DNA from: a virus
Strand: one strand, 5' to 3'
IMG/VR virus record: IMGVR_UViG_3300046346_000048
Length of the DNA stretch: 37,754 nucleotides
Positions 31,883-37,754 of this stretch are shown here, one piece after another (the stretch's first letter is position 1; every line of letters begins with the position of its first letter). The notes under the pieces are model-generated. The model saw nothing but the letters and a program-made list of their open reading frames with translations. It was not told the origin of the DNA and made no database searches. The position numbers and the translations under genes are program-made.

Positions 31883-33501
31883 TGTGCAAACCTTTTCATA
31901 TCTTTATCGGATATGCCCGCTGTATTAAAATTCTGATTCTGAGGGGCACTCCTTTCTCCTGCCACATAGGATTGATACGGGAATGGGGCTTTTAATCCTA
32001 AAGTGTTTAAATTTTGCCCCAGACCTGCGTCGCGTATAGCGAAAGCTTTATTCATACTCTCCCAAACTTTACCAAGATCTTCTTGTTTATCTGCTCGACT
32101 AGGTAAAATGGCGTCTGCATCTATTCCTGCTTGTTTAAGAATTTTTGTAAGACGTGTTCTAGGTCTTTCTAAATATTCTTGAGCAGTATTTGCGCCTTCA
32201 TTTATAGAATTACCAGCTCCCGCTCCCGCTACACCACCAGCAGGGCCTCCTCCAATTAATCCCATGATAGCAGCACCAACTCCACCAATACCTTTTAATG
32301 CGGAAGATACTACAGGATTGATTTGCCCATGATTAGGCATTACTGCTAATTGTTTTGCAGCATCCACAGCTTGAGCATAAAGTATTCTATTTTGTTGCAT
32401 GGCAGCGATTTCTTTATTTGCTGTATCTTGATCAATAGAACCTGGAATAGAAGGGTCCATTGCTCGTAGGGCAATTTTTTGATTCAAAAGATTTCGATCT
32501 GTAACAACATCTCCATTCAACGCTGCTTGAGCAGGATTTGCTACAGCATCCATAGCGCCTATTTTGGCATTGTTCTGCTGATTTGCTGCAAGGATTCCAG
32601 GAAGTACCTGAGTTTTAAACATAGCCTGCGCTTGAGGATTGTTGCCTATGCTATCTGCTAAATTTTGTGCAGCAGCTATGCGCATAGAATTCTCGGCACG
32701 GAGAGGTGCCACCATTGCAGCATGTTTTACATCATCAGGATGAGGGGGCAAAGGCGAAGGGATATTTTGTATTCCATTCTGTCCATTAGGTGTAGTCGCT
32801 GGGATTGTAGGCCCCGAAGTTCCATATGGGGATGCTGATGGATTAATCGCTTTTGCAAGGGCTTCCGTTTTCAATGCTTTTGCAACATTCTCTATTCCTA
32901 TACCCTTCGTCGTAGCTTGAGCCTGAGCGATCTGAGCGGGTGCTATGCCCATTTGAGATTGAGTTAACGCATTCTCATATTGATACCGTTTTTGTTGTGC
33001 CTGTTGCAATTCATGTTGAAAACTCAATGTGAGAAAGTTTTGAGCATTCGAAACATTTGTTTTCTGAGATTCAAGATCGTTATTGATTTGTTTATTCATC
33101 ATGTCTAAAAGAGCATTGGATTGGTGAGCCAACCCTGAGCCTGCACCTGATAGCATTAGACCAAAAAGTGTACCAATTTTCCCAAGGGTGCTCTTATTGG
33201 CAAACATGCTTTGATATGTCATAGGAGTGATCTGTTTAGTAGCAGCATCCTGCATATGCTGCGTATCATGCATGTCATACTCTTGCGGGGTTGTGGGCTG
33301 AGGGGGCATTACAGGAGCCTGAGAAGGAGAAGTAGGTGTTGCAAGATTTTGAGCAGTCTCATGTGCTTTCGGTGCCGCTTGTTCTATCTCAGGATCTTGT
33401 TCTACAGGAGTTGCTGCACTTGGATTGTTATCTGCAATAGTCTCTGGCATAGTCTCAGCTTCTGAGCCTCCACCATCCGCGAATTTTTTAACTTTTTTCA
33501 T
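31879..33501 (-). CDS. Gln/Ala/Pro-rich protein (540 aa), internal virion or ejection protein candidate
   Basis: Low-complexity sequence. The N-terminus is MKKVKKFADGGGSE. Its position between the tail and fibre genes resembles podovirus internal-core genes. Confidence 0.45.
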   Translation of the reverse strand: MKKVKKFADGGGSEAETMPETIADNNPSAATPVEQDPEIEQAAPKAHETAQNLATPTSPSQAPVMPPQPTTPQEYDMHDTQHMQDAATKQITPMTYQSMFANKSTLGKIGTLFGLMLSGAGSGLAHQSNALLDMMNKQINNDLESQKTNVSNAQNFLTLSFQHELQQAQQKRYQYENALTQSQMGIAPAQIAQAQATTKGIGIENVAKALKTEALAKAINPSASPYGTSGPTIPATTPNGQNGIQNIPSPLPPHPDDVKHAAMVAPLRAENSMRIAAAQNLADSIGNNPQAQAMFKTQVLPGILAANQQNNAKIGAMDAVANPAQAALNGDVVTDRNLLNQKIALRAMDPSIPGSIDQDTANKEIAAMQQNRILYAQAVDAAKQLAVMPNHGQINPVVSSALKGIGGVGAAIMGLIGGGPAGGVAGAGAGNSINEGANTAQEYLERPRTRLTKILKQAGIDADAILPSRADKQEDLGKVWESMNKAFAIRDAGLGQNLNTLGLKAPFPYQSYVAGERSAPQNQNFNTAGISDKDMKRFAQ

Positions 33502-35177
33502 GCTCGTTTCCTTTTTGCTAGAACTTGAGCGACGAATTGCGCAGATGCATTTATAGGATCTTTTCCTTGCGTCACAGATCTAGGAATCACAATCTCATGC
33601 TCAGATAACAATGCGGGGATCTTGTCATTTGCGTAACTATTGCCTGACTTTGTGGCCTTTTGTTTTTGAGATTCTGCTTTTACATTCCCTCCTGCGGTAT
33701 AATCTTTCTTTGCCATACCCCCCTTAGCAGCAGCTAAAGCACTTAAGGCAGCCGCCTCAGGCATAATATCAATCGCACCTGTAGCAGCAGCAGGCGCTTC
33801 AAAAGATGTTGCACCTGCGCCCATTCCTGCTGATGCAGGAGTTGTAGGAGTCATCCAATTTTGAATGGCTTGCGAAAGAGGTTTTCCAAAACTTGATATT
33901 CCCTGCTGCAATGCTTGAGCCCCTAGATTATTTCCAGCCATATTAAAATTATTTTGAGGATTCCCATTCTTATTCTGGTTTCCTTGTAAGGCACCTTTAA
34001 GAAATTTTCCAAACGAACTCGACGGCCCAGGGATATTTTGAGTACTGTTATCATTATTTATTTGAGATGCTTGACCCGCTATACCCTGAGCATTATCTGG
34101 TATAAAATCTCCACTAGCATCATATGCCCCCGTTCCTGAATCCCCTCCATTATCAAAATGCTTAGGTTTTTCTACATCTCCACCTTCAGCATGGATAAGA
34201 GCTCCTAATCCTGTACCGACAGCGTTTGCTGCGCCTCCTACTACACCTTGTTGTCCTTGCATATTCGTTTGAGCAAGTCCTGCGTTCGATGCGTTAATAT
34301 TGCCTTGCATTGAAACATTTGCATTATTTTGAGCAGCAAGAGCCTCTTGTTGTATCTGCTGTTCTGATTGTAGAGCTTGTGTATTTTGCGTAGTAGCCCC
34401 GATTTGTTGACCTGCCATCGTGTTGGCTTGTCCTGCAAGAGCAGCTTGTTGTGCTTGCTGTTGCCCTGTAATCCCCGCTGCTGCTGCTTGCTGCGCGCCG
34501 ATCCCAGCTTGTTGTTGACCGATTTGTTGACCAGCAGTATTTGCAACGCTCTGTTGCGCAGCACCTATCCCCGCTAATGCGTTCAAACTTTGATTCGCCT
34601 GCATCGAAGCGCCTTGACCCACTGCCTGTTGCTGTGTGGCAGCACCTTGCTGGGCAGCTTGCCTTGCAAGAAGCCCTACATTGGAACTTGCCCCACGTTG
34701 ACCTGCCATAAGAGCAGCTTGATTTGCAACGTTTTCGCCTGTCTGTTGATTAAGCATAGCCATTGCAGGATTCGGGCCTGTACCATTTGCGATGCCTTGA
34801 TATTGCTGAGCAAGAGCTTGCTGCGCCTGTAAAGCAGCTTGTTGATTTTGTACTCCTCCCACACTACCAAATTGTTGATTTAATCCCTGCTGCTGCTGTA
34901 AGGCTTGCCCTTGTGCATTTACTGCACCAAGATTTCCTTGTTGATTAGCAAGAGCCTGTTGTTGATTTAAAACAGAGGATTGATTTTGAATGCCCTGTTG
35001 AGATTGCAACGCATTAAGAAGCCCTTGCTGACTTGATAAGCCTCGATTTGCATTGTATTGAGATATCCCAATATCTGATTCATTTGTTCCAGGTGTAATA
35101 ACCGCACTACCAGGAGCTTTAAAGCCCGATCCGCTAGCTCCGCCTGCGGTTCCTATAAGTCCCCCAATAGCACCCAT
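33498..35177 (-). CDS. Gln/Ala/Gly-rich protein (559 aa), internal virion or ejection protein candidate
   Basis: About 300 aa of Q/A/G/N low-complexity sequence. Motifs are HAEGGDVEKPKHFDNGGDSG and YTAGGNVKAE. The C-terminus is LLSEHEIVIPRSV. Confidence 0.45.
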   Translation of the reverse strand: MGAIGGLIGTAGGASGSGFKAPGSAVITPGTNESDIGISQYNANRGLSSQQGLLNALQSQQGIQNQSSVLNQQQALANQQGNLGAVNAQGQALQQQQGLNQQFGSVGGVQNQQAALQAQQALAQQYQGIANGTGPNPAMAMLNQQTGENVANQAALMAGQRGASSNVGLLARQAAQQGAATQQQAVGQGASMQANQSLNALAGIGAAQQSVANTAGQQIGQQQAGIGAQQAAAAGITGQQQAQQAALAGQANTMAGQQIGATTQNTQALQSEQQIQQEALAAQNNANVSMQGNINASNAGLAQTNMQGQQGVVGGAANAVGTGLGALIHAEGGDVEKPKHFDNGGDSGTGAYDASGDFIPDNAQGIAGQASQINNDNSTQNIPGPSSSFGKFLKGALQGNQNKNGNPQNNFNMAGNNLGAQALQQGISSFGKPLSQAIQNWMTPTTPASAGMGAGATSFEAPAAATGAIDIMPEAAALSALAAAKGGMAKKDYTAGGNVKAESQKQKATKSGNSYANDKIPALLSEHEIVIPRSVTQGKDPINASAQFVAQVLAKRKRA

Positions 35178-35179
35178 AT

Positions 35180-35518
35180 TTAAATCCCTTTTCGAAAATA
35201 TATTATGTTATCTGTGCTCTTAAAAACTTCCATACCGTAAGAAATAAGAACCAAAATACTGTCATTAGATCCGCGACAAGAGGGATTCACCGTTCCTATA
35301 ATTTCATTACATCCCACTTGTCTTGCAATTTCGCAAACCTTATCTCCGAGCTCTTTAGCGACGCCGTGATTTCTGACTGCAGGCACAACATAGATATCAA
35401 TAATATACATCTGGTTTTTATTGAGTCTTCTATAGGTAACAAAACCAGTGTCTGTTTCTATAATACAATCATCTGTTCTTTCATCGAGATATCTTGCATA
35501 TAAAGACGTCATAATCAC
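35180..35518 (-). CDS. Minimal GNAT-family N-acetyltransferase (112 aa)
   Basis: IIDIYVVPAVRNHGVAKELGDKVCEIARQVGCNEIIGTVNP fits GNAT motif A and the beta4-alpha3 region. Confidence 0.6.
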   Translation of the reverse strand: MIMTSLYARYLDERTDDCIIETDTGFVTYRRLNKNQMYIIDIYVVPAVRNHGVAKELGDKVCEIARQVGCNEIIGTVNPSCRGSNDSILVLISYGMEVFKSTDNIIYFRKGI

Positions 35519-37754
35519 CCGAATGATATGGAAGATGGTAATGTTGGAAATTTATTCTTAAATCCGAGAATAATATTTATTCCTGAAAGTGACAAACCCT
35601 GACCAGGTGGCGCATCCATAGTAGAATCATAAACTTCTTGCAAAGTTATTGCCAAAGCTTGGCATCTTTGCTGTTGCAAGAAAATTCTAAATTGCTCAAT
35701 GTTTCCAGGTCCCCCATAAGGAGATCCCTGCCCATAAGGACTTTGAGAAGATCCTGATCCATAATTGGTGCTGTAATTAAGAGGTCTTAATATCGTAGAT
35801 TGAGAAGGTGAACTTGAATAATCATAACTTATAGACACATTAAGCACGTGTGGTGAATAGAATGTGCCAAGTAAATAAAAGAAAAAGGCTCTTTGATAAT
35901 TCTGTAAATCTCCTAATCTTAGAGGCCCTGTCGTAAACGATAAAAGTACAGGATTACTTCCATCGAGATAAGTATCAGGAGACTCAGCAAATACACGTCC
36001 ATAAGAGTCAATGAAAGTATGAAGTCCTTGAAATATACAAGCGCTGATTGCAGGTACACCATTGAATGTCCCCCACTGTGCATAAAAATAATCATACATC
36101 AAGGTGATGCCTGTATTTAAAACAAAGCGGACTTGATTTGTTGCAGGAATAAGATCTGCAGATTCAACCAGACCATCATTATAAATTTCTACGGGAGCTC
36201 CGATATAAGTGGTGTTTAACCCTCGATCTAATAACCAGATCCCTTTATTACTCTGGAACATCAAACCTTCTGGCATAAACACAATACTATTTTGATTTGC
36301 ACATCCAACTGTCGATGTTATGAAGATGGGTTGTGAATATTGATTATTGGCACCTGTATTATCAGGGCCACTACCATTGACGTAATATATGGAATTATTC
36401 TTAAATATTATAAGCTTATCATCCATAGGAAATATGCTCGTAATAGGCCCAGTATTTCCTTCGGAGCTTGTCGTCGGAGCAATGTACATCGTAAAAAGAT
36501 CTGACATTTCCACAGGGGTGGCTTCTATAACCTGTTTTGAAAACCATAAAAGATTTTGATCTTCTGCATCCACGAGCCATAATCTTGTATCAAATAAAGC
36601 AAGTAAATTAGATCCAGGTGCATTGACATCTTCTACAACACCCCCTGTCGTATAAAGGATATTGTTTCCAAGTATAGTGGCATCAGAATGAGTATCTACA
36701 AACTGAACGCTATCGATTGTCGTATCGTTAAGAAGTGGTGCGGTAATACTTGTTGTTTGGTAGTAAATCTGTTGGCCTACAGACCATCTATAGATTACAA
36801 TCTTTGCGGGGTTTGCAGTCTTGTATGTTAGACGAAGTGTTGGGATATTAAGTGTTATGCTTCCACTTGTACCAGACCCTGTAGTTGTTACAGCAACCGG
36901 AATAGAGGGAGCAGATCTATAAGCATTTCCTTGATTATCTGTCCACTCGTAGGTGACTTGGTAGTAATAGGCATTTGTGTTTGTTGCTGTGTCGGGTTTT
37001 GCTGCAATGGACCCTCCTGTTGCAGCCCATGACGCAAAATCAGTCGGTGTGGTGGTGTCGGTATCTGGCCAGAGGAAAAAGTTATGCTCGACGGGCAGGT
37101 AAGCATCATACATCCACAAAAAACCACCGGTAAGATGCAAATCATTAGCAATCTCAGCAGTGTCAAGATTTTGTGTACCGATTTTAAACGAAACAAGATT
37201 AATACCCGTTTGCGAATAAATTCCATTCACTTGCGTACCCGCAGGCACATTTGTATCTTTGTTAACAGCTTGTATTAGATCTTTATAGAGATATGAAATT
37301 TGCACAAGCATATTGTTAACATTGACATTCGGTAACCCATGAGTTAGGTATCCTCCTGCGTTTGAATATGCGAGTTTTGCAGTGATAATTGGTGCAGCTT
37401 GTGTGCTCAAAGTGCCATTGATCAAAAAATATGTGGATTGATATGCACTTTGATATACCGTAAGAAAATAAATATAGTTCGTTCCGGCTTGATTCATGAC
37501 AAATGCTTTAGACGCTAATCCAACACTTCGTATACAAGTGAAAGGACTTCCAACAGCTCCTGCTTGAGTAACTTCTATACCGACTATATAGTTTGTAGCG
37601 ATTCCAGAATCATAGGAATATGTATTAGAAAATTCTTGGAATACTTGACAAAATTGATTATGGGCCGCAGAAACTATGTTTAAAAGAGGCTCGCCAGCCA
37701 CAAATAACTGAGGACTAAATATAACCGTTAAGTTTGGAGTGACAGCAAATGTGT
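35515..37754 (-). CDS. Large tail (nozzle) protein, C-terminal part. The true start is at window position 1004, reached through the circular junction.
   Basis: The track starts this ORF at a GTG (37701), but the frame stays open to the window end. The 127-bp overlap shows that it continues into 1-1004. Confidence 0.7.
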   Translation of the reverse strand, partial: TFAVTPNLTVIFSPQLFVAGEPLLNIVSAAHNQFCQVFQEFSNTYSYDSGIATNYIVGIEVTQAGAVGSPFTCIRSVGLASKAFVMNQAGTNYIYFLTVYQSAYQSTYFLINGTLSTQAAPIITAKLAYSNAGGYLTHGLPNVNVNNMLVQISYLYKDLIQAVNKDTNVPAGTQVNGIYSQTGINLVSFKIGTQNLDTAEIANDLHLTGGFLWMYDAYLPVEHNFFLWPDTDTTTPTDFASWAATGGSIAAKPDTATNTNAYYYQVTYEWTDNQGNAYRSAPSIPVAVTTTGSGTSGSITLNIPTLRLTYKTANPAKIVIYRWSVGQQIYYQTTSITAPLLNDTTIDSVQFVDTHSDATILGNNILYTTGGVVEDVNAPGSNLLALFDTRLWLVDAEDQNLLWFSKQVIEATPVEMSDLFTMYIAPTTSSEGNTGPITSIFPMDDKLIIFKNNSIYYVNGSGPDNTGANNQYSQPIFITSTVGCANQNSIVFMPEGLMFQSNKGIWLLDRGLNTTYIGAPVEIYNDGLVESADLIPATNQVRFVLNTGITLMYDYFYAQWGTFNGVPAISACIFQGLHTFIDSYGRVFAESPDTYLDGSNPVLLSFTTGPLRLGDLQNYQRAFFFYLLGTFYSPHVLNVSISYDYSSSPSQSTILRPLNYSTNYGSGSSQSPYGQGSPYGGPGNIEQFRIFLQQQRCQALAITLQEVYDSTMDAPPGQGLSLSGINIILGFKNKFPTLPSSISFG
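37628..37754. repeat. Second copy of the 127-bp terminal overlap
   Basis: Identical to 1-127. Confidence 0.95.

Noticed and set aside
37628-37754. The 127-bp terminal repeat as a genuine T7-like direct terminal repeat
   Set aside because: It lies in the middle of an uninterrupted 1038-codon reading frame, and its length equals a common maximum assembler k-mer. An assembly overlap of a circular or permuted genome is more likely. Real termini cannot be excluded without reads.
1-37754. Alternative genetic code, tRNA genes, an integrase/repressor lysogeny module, CRISPR, a reverse transcriptase or diversity-generating retroelement
   Set aside because: Long ORFs close normally with the standard code. 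I found no cloverleaf-like sequences in intergenic regions, no recombinase or reverse-transcriptase motifs, and no repeat-spacer arrays.

Overview
The window is one complete dsDNA phage genome of about 37,627 bp. It was written linearly with a 127-bp overlap: bases 1-127 are identical to 37628-37754. The linearisation point cuts through a roughly 1038-aa tail gene.

Layout:
- A long minus-strand late block runs 16603 down to 1 and continues from 37627 down to 28307. In order it encodes a ParB-methyltransferase fusion, a DUF5681 small-terminase-like protein, seven small ORFs, TerL, portal, scaffold, major capsid, fibre and tail proteins, Gln/Ala-rich internal-protein candidates, a second fibre and an SLT lysin.
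- Early and replication genes occupy 16818-28310. Most are on the plus strand: two lipoprotein paralogues, a RuvC-like resolvase, a possible annealing protein, SSB and an Ala-Ala-X repeat protein. Three genes at 17756-20929 are on the minus strand: a sigma-like factor, an SF3/D5-type helicase and a primase-like protein.
- I recognised no tape-measure, sheath, integrase, DNA polymerase or RNA polymerase gene. The architecture looks podovirus-like and probably lytic.

The most interesting region is the major capsid gene (4773-6527, minus strand).
- It is not a single ORF. Two paralogous ORF-less group I-like introns of 214 and 201 nt interrupt it.
- For each intron, the guide sequences (P1 with a U:G wobble, and P10) co-vary with that intron's own flanking exons.
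- Exon 1 also contains a 35-41-nt segment that is closed in every usable reading frame. It starts with a hairpin that includes a Gly codon. It is a candidate translational-bypass gap of the T4 gene 60 type, or a relic of a mini-intervening sequence.

Other notable signals:
- A 20-nt motif recurs in front of late genes.
- A telomere-like GGTTAGGGG/GGTTCGGGG iteron palindrome has G-quadruplex potential.
- Three 22-bp-phased repeats follow ssb.
- A short A-x-GG peptide motif recurs in four virion-module proteins.

All functional calls rest on motif recognition and synteny by eye. No database search was run.
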